From contig CAVTMT010000009.1 in assembly GCA_963735925.1 (NCBI GenBank), positions 100,696 to 164,695 on the forward strand: a stretch of 64,000 nucleotides of DNA, read 5' to 3'. Shown here in pieces: positions 53,086 to 62,854 of this stretch. The DNA is from an uncultured bacterium. Its GTDB lineage: Bacteria > Verrucomicrobiota > Verrucomicrobiia > Limisphaerales > J093. The position numbers and the translations under genes are program-made. Positions within the stretch are counted from its first letter, which is position 1. Each line of letters starts with the position of its first letter. The notes below the pieces were generated by a model. It saw only the letters and a program-made list of their open reading frames with translations, had not been told where the DNA came from and made no database searches.

Positions 53086-55339
53086 ATGAATCAAATAGGA
53101 CCAATGAAAACGGCCTGGATCCTTCTGCTGTGGCTGGCGCTGTCCGCAACGGCGGGCGAGGCGGATGATTTGACCCTTTGGTATCAGCAGCCCGCCGCCG
53201 ACAACAAGCCCATGGACGAAGCGCTGGCCATCGGCAACGGGCGGTTGGGGGCGCTGGTTTTCGGCGCGCCCGCGCGGGAGCGCCTGAGCGTCAACGAGAG
53301 CAGCTTGTGGACGGGGGATGAGAATCCCACCGGCGATTACGACCGCATGGGCGCCTATCAGGTGTTCGGCAACGTGTTCGTGCATCTGCCGGGCCAGGAG
53401 CGGACCACCCGCTATCGGCGCGACCTCGACCTGGGTCAGGCGCTGGCCCAGGTGAGCTACGAAGTGGGGGGCGTGGAGTTCCAGCGCGAGTTCTTCTGCA
53501 GTCATCCGGCGGGCGTGCTGGTCGCGCGGTTCACGGCCGGAGTTCGCGGCGGCTACACCGGCCGCGTCGAACTGGCGGACTCGCACGGGGCCCCGACCCG
53601 GCTCAACGGCAACCGCATGACGGTGTCCGGGACACTGGCCAATGGGCTGAAGTACGAATGGCAGATGTTGGTGCTGCCCGAAGGTGGCACGGTGACGACC
53701 ACCCAGGGCGCGGCGCTGGAATTCAAGGGTTGCGACCGCCTCACCTTGTTGCTGGTTGCAGGCACGGACTACGCGATGGACTACGCGAAGCACTATCGCG
53801 GCGCAGATCCGCACGCCCGGCTGACGGACCAACTGGACGCGGCGGCGGCCCGCGACTACGCAAGCCTCCGGTCCGAGCACCTCCGGGATTTCCAGTCCTT
53901 GTTCAACCGCGTCGCCTTGGACCTCGGGAGCTCCTCGGAGGCGCAACGCGCCTTGCCGACGGACCGGCGCAAGCGGGAGGCGGTTCAGGCCGTCGATCCC
54001 GGACTGGAGCGACTGCTGTTTCAATACGGGCGCTACCTGTTGATCGGCTGTTCGCGAGCGGGAGGTTTGCCGGCCAATTTGCAGGGGCTGTGGAACGACA
54101 ACAACAATCCCCCCTGGCACGCGGATTACCATGCGAACATCAACGTGCAGATGAATTACTGGCCGGCCGAGGTGGCCAACCTGGCCGAGTGCCACCAGCC
54201 GTTCTTCGATCTCATCCAGAGCCAGCTTCCCGCGTGGCGCGCCGCCACCGCCGCTGCGCCGGAGTTTCGAACCGCGGACGGCGGGATGACGAAACGGGGC
54301 TTTGCCATCCGCACTTCGCACAACATTTTCGGCGGCCTGGGCTGGAAGTGGGACAAGACGGCCAACGCCTGGTATTGCCAGCACCTGTGGGAACACTACG
54401 CCTTCGGCGGCGACACCAATTACCTGCGGCGCGTCGCCTACCCGATCCTGAAGGAGACCTGCGAATTCTGGGAGGACCATTTGAAGACCCTGCCCGACGG
54501 CCGGCTCGTGGTGCCGAACGGCTGGTCGCCGGAACACGGGCCCGACGAGGATGGCGTCAGCTACAACCAGGAGATCGTCTGGGACCTGTTCAACAACTTC
54601 GTGCAAGCCAGCGACTGCGCTCGCCGGCGACCCGGCGTACCGGAACAAAATCGCCACGCTGCGCGACCGCCTGGTCACGCCCGGCGTCGGCAGTTGGGGC
54701 CAGTTGCTCGAATGGATGACCGAGAAAAAAGGCGAACACGCGGTCCCGGGAAGTCCCGAGCTCGACACGCCCGACGATCATCATCGGCACACCTCGCACT
54801 TGTTCGCGGTCTATCCCGGCGCGCAAATCAGCGTGGTCCGGACGCCGGCACTGGCCCGGGCGGCGAAGGTGTCGCTCGATGCGCGCGGGATCGACGCCGG
54901 GAGCGACGTGCGCGAGTGGTCGTTCGCGTGGCGCGCGGCGCTGTATGCGCGCTTGCGGGATGGCGAGAGCGCGCACCGCATGTTGCAGCAGTTGTTCTCG
55001 GCCCGGAATACGTGTCCGAACCTGTTCGGCCTCCATCCGCCGATGCAGATGGACGGCAACTTCGGGATCACGGCCGGCGTCGCCGAGATGCTGTTGCAGA
55101 GTCATGCCGGCGAGATCGAACTGCTGCCCGCACTGCCCCCGGCCTGGCCCACCGGCTCGGTCAAGGGCCTGCGCGCCCGCGGCGGCTTCGAAGTGGATAT
55201 GGCGTGGAAAGACGGAAGACTCGGCACCGCGGTCGTCCGTTCGCTGAACGGGAATCCGCTCCGGTTGCGCTATGGAAGCCGGGCGCGCGACCTGCAGGTT
55301 GCCAAGGGAGGGACATTTGAATGGAAAGAGGAACCCTGA
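53086..55339 (+). pseudogene. Glycoside hydrolase family 95 (alpha-L-fucosidase-like), frameshifted near 54616
   Basis: The N-terminus reads LWYQQPA..EALAIGNGRLGALVFG..ERLSVNESSLWTG. The frame breaks after ...NNFVQASD and resumes in the ORF 54551..55339 ([12 protein letters not shown]...[18 protein letters not shown]...[24 protein letters not shown]). Removing the t at about 54616 restores the frame. Confidence 0.8.
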
Positions 55340-55459
55340 AGACACTGCTGGCGCCTTGGACGCTGACGGGTCGCGTGCCGCCCGCCTGGCCGGGCGCAGG
55401 GGTTCGGCCCCGCGTTTTCCGTCTTGCCGGAAAACCTCCCAGCCGACATAAGCCGGGTG

Positions 55460-55870
55460 ATGGCAACGTCAGCAATCGAGACTCCCCGCGTGGCTGCGCT
55501 GGTTCGACACGAAGCCACCGCGCCCAAAGAACGCAGCGCCTGCGGCTGGCGGCATTTGCTCCTCAGCCGGCCGGATCAAGACCGCGGCCTGGCCGCCTGG
55601 GCTCACGTAGTGGACATCGACGGCGCGCGCCCACACTATCATCGGCGGAGCACCGAGCTGTACTACGTCCTCGAAGGCGAGGGCACCGTGACGCTGGACC
55701 AGGTGGAACATCCCGTTCACCGAGGCAGCCTCGTGCAGATACCGCCGGGTGTCGTCCACAGTGCGCGCGGCCGGGTCAAGGTCCTGGTCGTCGGCATCCC
55801 GGACATCGCTGAAGACGACCTCTACTTCCCGGCCGGGCAGGATGCGCATGCCGGCCCGGCCAGCGGTTGA
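55460..55870 (+). CDS. Cupin-domain protein
   Basis: It reads HYHRRSTELYYVLEGEGTVTLDQVEHPVHRGSLVQIPPGVVHSA (cupin motifs 1 and 2). The start could be 55424. Confidence 0.65.
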   Translation: MATSAIETPRVAALVRHEATAPKERSACGWRHLLLSRPDQDRGLAAWAHVVDIDGARPHYHRRSTELYYVLEGEGTVTLDQVEHPVHRGSLVQIPPGVVHSARGRVKVLVVGIPDIAEDDLYFPAGQDAHAGPASG

Positions 55871-55914
55871 GTCGCCTGGCCGGCGCTTCCGTCCGGCCGG
55901 CTGCCCGCACTTCC

Positions 55915-58143
55915 ATGGAACTCCGCGCGCTCGCTGAACGCATCCTCTTTGGAACCACGTTGGAGGAGAAACTCCAGTGCCCGGAGCTCGTCACCGACGA
56001 ACGGCCCGGCTCGCCGCTGGCGGTTCCCGCCGCTCCTGGGCGACCGCCCGGACTGCAGTTCAAGCCGGAAGGCGCCGCCCGCGCCGATTTTCCGGGCGTG
56101 CACCGGCTCGAGCACGAACGCGAGCGCGGCCGGCTGCTGCACTTCTTCGCCAACCACGAGTTGCTGGCCACGGAACTGATGGCGCTGGTGCTGCTGCGGT
56201 TCCCGGACGCCCCACCCGCCTTCCGGCGCGGCGTGCTGCAGACGCTCAAAGAGGAGCAGACCCACACGCAGCTTTACCTCCGGCGCATGCAGGCCGCCGG
56301 CATCGGCTTCGGGGAACTGCCCGTGAGTGGATTCTTCTGGCGCTGCGTCGCGCCGATGGAGAACCCGATCGACTACGTGGCCACTCTGTGTCTGACTTTC
56401 GAGCAGGCGAATCTGGATTTCGCCGGCCACTTCGCGCGCAGTTTCCAGGCCGTGGGCGACGCGGACTCGGCCCGGCTGCTGGAACGGATCTACCGCGACG
56501 AGATCAGGCACGTGGCATACGGACTGAAGTGGTTTCGCCGCTGGAAACAGCCCGGCGAAAGCGATTGGGCGGCGTTTTGTCGCACCCTCAAATTTCCGCT
56601 CTCGCCGCAGCGGGCGAAGGGCTTCACGTTGAACGTCGCGGGCCGGCGCGCCGCGGGCTTGGACCCGGAATTTATCGCCGAGTTGAATGTCTATGCGCAG
56701 TCGAAGGGCCGCACGCCGAACGTCTATGTCTTCAATCCCTTCGCCGAGGCAGAGCTCGCCCGCGGCGGGGCCTTCCAGCCGACGCGCCACCAGGCCCAAC
56801 TCGCCCGCGATTTGGAAGCGCTGCCGCAGTTCCTCTGCCGGCAGGACGACGTGGTCCTCGTGACCCGGCGGCCGTCGGTGGAGTTCCTGAGCGGTTTGAA
56901 ACAAGCCGGCTTCGCCCTGCCGGAGTTCGTCGAGTTGGGGAGTTCGTCCGCGTCCGCCCAGGCGGGTTTGAAGCGTCTGGCCACCCGCAAACTGGGCCGT
57001 CTCCGGCCCTGGGCCTGGGGCTCCGACAGCGCGCGACTGCTCGCGCCGCTCAGCGGTCAGGTGACGGGCGAACCTTCCGCCGAGCGCGGGCAGTTCAACG
57101 AGAGTCTGGCGCCGCTTTACTCCAAGGCCTGGAGCGCGGAATTCCTCCGGAACCTGCTCGCCTCGCCCCCCTCCCATCCGACGCCAGCGGCAATGGAACC
57201 GGGGGATCGCAGTCCGCCTGCCGGGTCCACCGAACCGGGGTTGCGCTGGGGAGAGGAGCCATGGCTGTGCGCCGCCCCGGAGGTCGGCGTGGCGGTGGAT
57301 ACGCTGGAAGCGGCCTTCGCGGCGATCGCTGCCATCCGCCGGCGCGGGCACCACAAAGTGGTGGTCAAGCAGACGCTGGGGGTGGCGGGCCAGAATGCCC
57401 TGCGCCTTTGGGAGCCCGACGTCCTCGAATCCCAGCGCCGCTGGCTGGCCAACGCGCTGCGCCGCGGCGCGCACCTGGTGGTCGAGCCCTGGCTCGAACG
57501 CGAGCTCGACTTCTCGGTGCAACTGGAGATGGGACCGCAAGGCCTGAAGCTCTGCGGCTACACCGGCTTGCTCAACGATCGGCGAGGCCAGTTCCAGGCC
57601 AACTGGGCGGAGTCGCATCACCACAAACGCATCCCGACCGGCGTGATCGCCTTGTTCGACGAGCCGGCGGATATTGCCAGCCGCCTGCACCGCCTCTATG
57701 CCGACATTTTCGCCCGGTTGGAAGCGCGACTGGCGGCCGTCGGCCACCAGGGGCCGGTCAGCCTCGACGCCTTTGTCTATCGCACGCCGGAGGGCACCTG
57801 CCGGCTCAAGCCGGTCGTGGAAATCAATCCGCGCTACACGATGGGCCGGGTGCTGGTGGAGTTGATGCGCCGAACCTGTCCGGGGAGCTGCGGCGTGTTT
57901 CGCCTGATCGGCCGCGGGCAGTTGCGGGCCGAGGGCACGGAGGACTTCCCGGCGTATGCGCGGGCGCTCTGCGGGCGAGATCCGCTCCGGCTCGAAGGCG
58001 CGCCGGAGCCGCGCATCCGTGAAGGCACGGTCTGCTTGAACGATCCGGCCGAAGTCCAAGCCTGTCTGGCCGTCTTCCAGGTCAGGCGCACACTGGGCCG
58101 GATCACCGACGATCAGCCGGCACCGTGCCCGGCGATCAAGTAA
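55915..58143 (+). CDS. DUF455 (ferritin-like di-iron) domain fused to an ATP-grasp-like C-terminal domain
   Basis: The N-terminal ~270 aa read LHFFANHELLATELMALVLLRF...LKEEQTHTQLYLRRM...YRDEIRHVAYGLKWF. The C-terminal part reads HHKVVVKQTLGVAGQNALRLWE...LVVEPWLERELDFSVQLE...LKPVVEINPRYTMGRV. Confidence 0.6.
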   Translation: MELRALAERILFGTTLEEKLQCPELVTDERPGSPLAVPAAPGRPPGLQFKPEGAARADFPGVHRLEHERERGRLLHFFANHELLATELMALVLLRFPDAPPAFRRGVLQTLKEEQTHTQLYLRRMQAAGIGFGELPVSGFFWRCVAPMENPIDYVATLCLTFEQANLDFAGHFARSFQAVGDADSARLLERIYRDEIRHVAYGLKWFRRWKQPGESDWAAFCRTLKFPLSPQRAKGFTLNVAGRRAAGLDPEFIAELNVYAQSKGRTPNVYVFNPFAEAELARGGAFQPTRHQAQLARDLEALPQFLCRQDDVVLVTRRPSVEFLSGLKQAGFALPEFVELGSSSASAQAGLKRLATRKLGRLRPWAWGSDSARLLAPLSGQVTGEPSAERGQFNESLAPLYSKAWSAEFLRNLLASPPSHPTPAAMEPGDRSPPAGSTEPGLRWGEEPWLCAAPEVGVAVDTLEAAFAAIAAIRRRGHHKVVVKQTLGVAGQNALRLWEPDVLESQRRWLANALRRGAHLVVEPWLERELDFSVQLEMGPQGLKLCGYTGLLNDRRGQFQANWAESHHHKRIPTGVIALFDEPADIASRLHRLYADIFARLEARLAAVGHQGPVSLDAFVYRTPEGTCRLKPVVEINPRYTMGRVLVELMRRTCPGSCGVFRLIGRGQLRAEGTEDFPAYARALCGRDPLRLEGAPEPRIREGTVCLNDPAEVQACLAVFQVRRTLGRITDDQPAPCPAIK

Positions 58144-59478
58144 TCCCGAAACGCGGCATAATCCATCGCCAGCCGGTCGTAGTCTTCGTCCAGCTTGTCC
58201 ACCGCGGCCAGACTGGGCGGCACGTCGGGTGCGAAGCCCAGCACCTGCTCGATTTCCTCCGGGAACTTCGCCGGATGCGCCGTCTCCAGAACCACCGCGG
58301 GCACTCCGTTCAGCGGTTCGCTTTGCTGGTAATCCAGGAAGCCGCGCCAGCCGACCGCGCCGTGGGGCTCGAGGAGCAGTCGATGGTCGCTCCACGCCTG
58401 CCGGATGGCGGCGCGCGTTTGTTCGTCGGAGACGCTGGTGGAAAACAGATCGCGGCGCAGCGCGGCCAGGTCCGGGGCGCGGTGGACGGCGCCGGTCTCG
58501 TCCATCCGACCGCCATAGACCGCGACGAGCCGGGCGAGATTGCTGGGGTGTCCCACGTTCATGGCGTTGGAAAGGCAGGCGCGCGACGGCTCGATTTTGT
58601 CGTAGCGACCGGTGGCGAGGAAACGCGGGAACTCGTCGTTGCCGTTCACCGGCACCACGAGCCGTCGGATCGGCAGTCCCATCTGGCGGGCGAAGACCGC
58701 GCCCATCATGTCGCCGAAGTTGCCACTCGGCACGGCGAAGACGATGGGCTCGCCGGGCTGCGCGAGTCGCGCCGCGGCGTAGAAGTAATAGACGCTCTGC
58801 GGCAGCAGCCGGCCGATGTTGATGGAGTTGGCCGAGGAAAGCGACATGTGCCGGAGCGCCGGATCGGCGAAGGCGCGCTTCACCAGCGCCTGGCAGTCGT
58901 CGAATTTGCCGTCGATGGCGATGGTGCGGATGTTGTCGCGCAGGGTGGTCATCTGTTTGCGCTGCCGGTCGCTGACTTCGCCCCGCGGGAAGAGCACGAC
59001 CACGCGGATGCCTTCCACGCCGTGAAAGGCGCTGGCCACCGCCGAACCGGTGTCGCCGCTGGTGGCGGTGAGAATGGTCAGCCGCTGGCTGATTCTCGCG
59101 CACGAACCGCCCGATCAGCCGTGCCATCATGCGCGCGGCGAAATCCTTGAACGACGCCGTGGGGCCGCGATCCAGGCGCATCACCCAGACGCGTTCGAGC
59201 CCGCGGACCGGTTCCAGGGGCACGGGGAAGTCGTAAGCGTCGCGGCAGAGCTCCTCCAGCGCCTCGTCCTCGATGCTGCCGGCGGTGAAGCGCCGGAGCA
59301 CCTCGAAGGCGATGGCGTGGTAGGGGAGCTTGGCGAACCCGGCCAGGTCGTGGTGCGTGAGCTGCGGAAACGCCCGCGGCAGGTAAAGGCCGCCGTCCGG
59401 TGCCTGGCCGATCAGCAGTGCATCCCGGAGGTTGACGTCCGGGGCCATGCCGTTGGTGCTGTGGAACAGGAGCGTCAT
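58113..59478 (-). pseudogene. thrC: Threonine synthase, frameshifted near 59087-59088
   Basis: The N-terminal part (MTLLFHSTNG...GPTASFKDFAARMMARLIGRFVRENQ) is the first ~130 codons of the track ORF 55822..59478. The rest is the ORF 58113..59039 (ASAFHGVEGIRVVVLFPRGEVS...). Removing one C gives ..ENQQRLTILTATSGDTGSAVASAF.. Confidence 0.85.
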
Positions 59479-59520
59479 GGGATCGAAAGCGGTTCAGGGT
59501 CGCGCGACGGGCGCGACGCT

Positions 59521-60846
59521 TCACTCGAAATTCTCCACCCGGATCATGACCGGGGCCGCCTTCACGACCGGCAGCCGGGCGATCTTCGCGAGCGCCTTTG
59601 CCATCGCGGCGTTCGGCGCGTCGTGGATCATCAGGATCAGTGGCACGCATTCCCCTTCGTGTCCCGCAGGTTGGATCACCGAGGAGATGCCGATCCTGGC
59701 CGTCCCCAGAATGGCCGTGATCTTGGCCATCACGCCCGGTCGATCCAGCACGCTGAGTCGGACGTAGTAGCGCGAAGACACCTCGCCGATGGGCGCGACC
59801 GAACCGGCGCGTTCGTGCGGCACAAACGGCGGCACCCGTCCGTGGCTGCCGTGTGCCAGATCGAGCGCGGCATCGGCCAGGTCGCTCAGCACGGCGCTGG
59901 CGGTGGCGTCCTTGCCCGCGCCGCGCCCGTAGAAGAGCGTGTCGCCCACGACATCGCCCCGGACGAAGACGGCGTTGAACACGCCGTTGACGCTGGCGAG
60001 CACGTGCGCATCGGGAATCAGCGCGGGATAGACGGACACCTGGATCCGTGCGCCGTTGCGGGAGCGCGTCCCCTCGGGAGCGAGTCGCTTGACGATGCCG
60101 AGCAGCTTGATGGTGTAGCCGAGTTGCTGGGCGAAATGCATGTCCAGCTTGGCGATGTGCCGGATGCCTTCGACGTAGATGTCCTGCGGTTTGACCCAGA
60201 AGCCATGCGCGAGCGAGGCGAGGATGCCGGTCTTGTGTTCGGCATCGAAACCGTCGATGTCGAGGTCCGGTGGGGTCTCGGCGTAACCGTGCTTCTGCGC
60301 GTCGGCCAGCACGTCGGCAAACTCGGCCCCTTCCTGCTTCATGCGCGTGAGGATGTAGTTGCAGGTGCCGTTCACGATGCCGTAGAGGTGCGTGACGCGA
60401 TTCCCGACGAAGGCCTCGCGCATCGCCTTGATGATCGGAATCCCGCCGGCCACGCTGGCTTCGTAATACAGGTTCGCGCCCTGCTCCCGCGCGGCGGCGA
60501 ACAACTCCTCGCCGTGCGCGGAAAGCAACGCCTTGTTGGCCGTGACCACCGGCTTGCCCAGCCGGAGCGCCGTCAGGACCATCGTCCGGGCAATGCCGGT
60601 GCCGCCCACCAGTTCCGCGACGATCCGGACCTCGGGATCGTGGACCACGCTTTGCCAATCCGTGGTCATGAGCGACCGCGGAATCGCGTACGGTCGCGGT
60701 TCGTCGCAGGCCTTGACGGCGATGCGGTGGAGGTGGAGGTCCACCCCCAGCCGCGAGGCCATCAGCCGCCCGTTCCGTTGCCAATGGTGAAAGACACCGC
60801 TGCCCACGGTTCCCCCGCCAATCATGCCCACGTTGATCTGCTGCAT
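59521..60846 (-). CDS. hom: Homoserine dehydrogenase
   Basis: It reads MQQINVGMIGGGTVGSGV...VVTANKALLSAHGEELF..YYEASVAGGIPIIKAMRE with a C-terminal ACT-like domain. The ATG at 60846 lies within the longer track ORF. Confidence 0.9.
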   Translation of the reverse strand: MQQINVGMIGGGTVGSGVFHHWQRNGRLMASRLGVDLHLHRIAVKACDEPRPYAIPRSLMTTDWQSVVHDPEVRIVAELVGGTGIARTMVLTALRLGKPVVTANKALLSAHGEELFAAAREQGANLYYEASVAGGIPIIKAMREAFVGNRVTHLYGIVNGTCNYILTRMKQEGAEFADVLADAQKHGYAETPPDLDIDGFDAEHKTGILASLAHGFWVKPQDIYVEGIRHIAKLDMHFAQQLGYTIKLLGIVKRLAPEGTRSRNGARIQVSVYPALIPDAHVLASVNGVFNAVFVRGDVVGDTLFYGRGAGKDATASAVLSDLADAALDLAHGSHGRVPPFVPHERAGSVAPIGEVSSRYYVRLSVLDRPGVMAKITAILGTARIGISSVIQPAGHEGECVPLILMIHDAPNAAMAKALAKIARLPVVKAAPVMIRVENFE

Positions 60847-61088
60847 AGAACCGGTGACTTTGCCGCCCAGGCGCCGGGCCGACAATGCATTTCCAGGCGG
60901 TGAGCGGGGGACGCGGGGGCGGGGCACGGCGGCGCGTGGAAACATCGCCAGCGCGGCGGTTGCCGTGGTTCGGCGAGCGAAGCCAGGCCGCCTCGGGGGT
61001 TCAGCGACGAACGACCGCGGGCGGACCCCGGCTTTTGCGTGGAGGCGTTTTGCTGCTGGCTCCGCCGATTCCCGCTGCGAATCCCGGG

Positions 61089-61760
61089 TCAGGCGAGGCC
61101 GACGACGCGCACAATGGAGTAGAAGGTGGTTTCCGTGGCGAAACCGAGAATCTGGCGCACGAACGGAAGTTGAATGGCCACGATGACGATCAGAAATCCG
61201 AACCGGCACATCCGGAAGTAAGTCTCGTCCCGCATCCCGATCGCGTTCTTCAACACATGGGAACCATCCAGCGGCGGGATGGGCAGGAGGTTGAAGAAGC
61301 ATAGCAGCAGGCTGATTTGGGTCATCCGCACCGCCACATCCACCATGCCCGCCCAGTGCATCGCCACGAAAAGGCGCGCCAGCACCATGAGCACGACGGC
61401 CAGCAACAGATTCATCGCCGGACCGGCCAGCGCGACCAATGTGTCGTCGCGGCGCGGCGAACGGAGGTTGTAAGGATTCACCGGCACCGGTTTGCCCCAG
61501 CCGATGATGAAGTTCGCCAGTTGCGAATTTGCGGCGCTGAGGAACACCACCAACAAGGGCAGGATCACCGTGCCGGTCAAGTCCATGTGCACCACCGGAT
61601 TCAGCGAAACGCGGCCGAGCCGGTGCGCGGTGTCGTCGCCGCATTTCCACGCCACCCAGGCGTGGGCGAACTCGTGAAATGTCAGCAGGATCAACAGGCA
61701 CAGATACGTCAGCAACCCGTCGATGATGGCCGACAGCGGAATGGCGGCGAACACGCTCAT
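61089..61760 (-). CDS. Site-2 protease family (M50) membrane metalloprotease
   Basis: It has the zinc motif HEFAHAW and NLLPIPPLDGSHV. The ATG at 61760 is preferred over 61895. Confidence 0.8.
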   Translation of the reverse strand: MSVFAAIPLSAIIDGLLTYLCLLILLTFHEFAHAWVAWKCGDDTAHRLGRVSLNPVVHMDLTGTVILPLLVVFLSAANSQLANFIIGWGKPVPVNPYNLRSPRRDDTLVALAGPAMNLLLAVVLMVLARLFVAMHWAGMVDVAVRMTQISLLLCFFNLLPIPPLDGSHVLKNAIGMRDETYFRMCRFGFLIVIVAIQLPFVRQILGFATETTFYSIVRVVGLA

Positions 61761-62109
61761 GAGCCGTGCAGAATAGCACACGCCCGCCGCTGGCAAAGGC
61801 AAAACGCCCCCCCAGTCCAGCACTTCACAGCCCGCTTTGCCCGCGTCGCGCCTTGGGCAGGGCTCCGGTCCGGCGCGGATATGCCAGCATGGCATTGACC
61901 GGCGGGGGTCCGTTCGCCGGCGACGACGTCAGTCACGAGGGGATAATCCGGCCTTTAACGGGAACGCAAGGTGCAACACCAGGAGCAGTCCGTCGGGCCG
62001 CAGACGGCGGACGGGCTCTCGCAACGCCGCCGCCGGGTCGCGGAAATGGCGAGTCCCATTGCCGGCAGGTCGAGTTCCGTCGGCCGGGCGTCGCCCCGAA
62101 CGCTGGCCG

Positions 62110-62799
62110 TCAACGCGGGCGCCGCCAACCAAGCCGGGCCGCACTGACGAGCCGATCCGCCAAGCGCGTCGGTTCCGGCAGACGGTAGCCGCCGCAGCAA
62201 GACAGCACCAGCGCGCACGCGGACTCCAGATCGATCTGGTGGCCCGGGCTGACGAAGAGCGGTTTCGTCCGCTCGCGGGTTCGCATTACCGAGCCAACGC
62301 ATTCCCCGCCCACCAACAACGGCGCGCGACTGCCTTGCTCCGGTCCGGGCATGGTGAACTCGCCGATCAGCCGGCTCTTCGCACAACCGATCGCCGGCAG
62401 ATTGCAGATCACCCCCAAGTGGCAGGCAATCCCGAACCGCCGCGGATGCGCGAGGCCCTGGCCGTCGCACACGAGTGCGTCCGGGCATTGCCGCAACTTC
62501 CTTAACGCGGCCAGCAACGCTGGCGCTTCGCGAAACGAGAGCAGTCCCGGCACGTACGGGAAGCGCAGCGGACGCGCGGCGAGGGTTTGGTCGATCACCT
62601 TGAACGCCGCCACGTCGAACAACACGGCGGCGGCAATGCACTGCTTGCCATCCGGGGAGAACGCAGCGTCCAGTCCGACCACGAACCGCAGTCCCTTGAC
62701 GGGGGCCGCCTGGACGACCCGGCCGGCCAGCCGTCGCTGCACGGCCATCGCCGCCCGTGGACTCAAGTTCCAGCGATGGGGAACGGGCGGAAGCTTCAT
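62110..62799 (-). CDS. nfi: Endonuclease V
   Basis: It reads VGLDAAF...FPYVPGLLSFREAPALLAAL...CDGQGLAHPRRFGIACHLGV...PLFVSPGH. The ATG at 62799 lies within the longer track ORF. Confidence 0.85.
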   Translation of the reverse strand: MKLPPVPHRWNLSPRAAMAVQRRLAGRVVQAAPVKGLRFVVGLDAAFSPDGKQCIAAAVLFDVAAFKVIDQTLAARPLRFPYVPGLLSFREAPALLAALRKLRQCPDALVCDGQGLAHPRRFGIACHLGVICNLPAIGCAKSRLIGEFTMPGPEQGSRAPLLVGGECVGSVMRTRERTKPLFVSPGHQIDLESACALVLSCCGGYRLPEPTRLADRLVSAARLGWRRPR

Positions 62800-62854
62800 G
62801 GCTGTCAGCCCGGCGCCCACGGGACGAACGTCCGCCGCGGGCGAGCCGGGTCGA

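Noticed and set aside
55822-59478. 1218-aa minus-strand ORF
   Set aside because: Only its first ~130 codons (the thrC N-terminus, up to the frameshift near 59087) look like protein. The remainder is out-of-frame thrC and then antisense to the DUF455::ATP-grasp gene, with Arg/Pro/Gly-rich nonsense.
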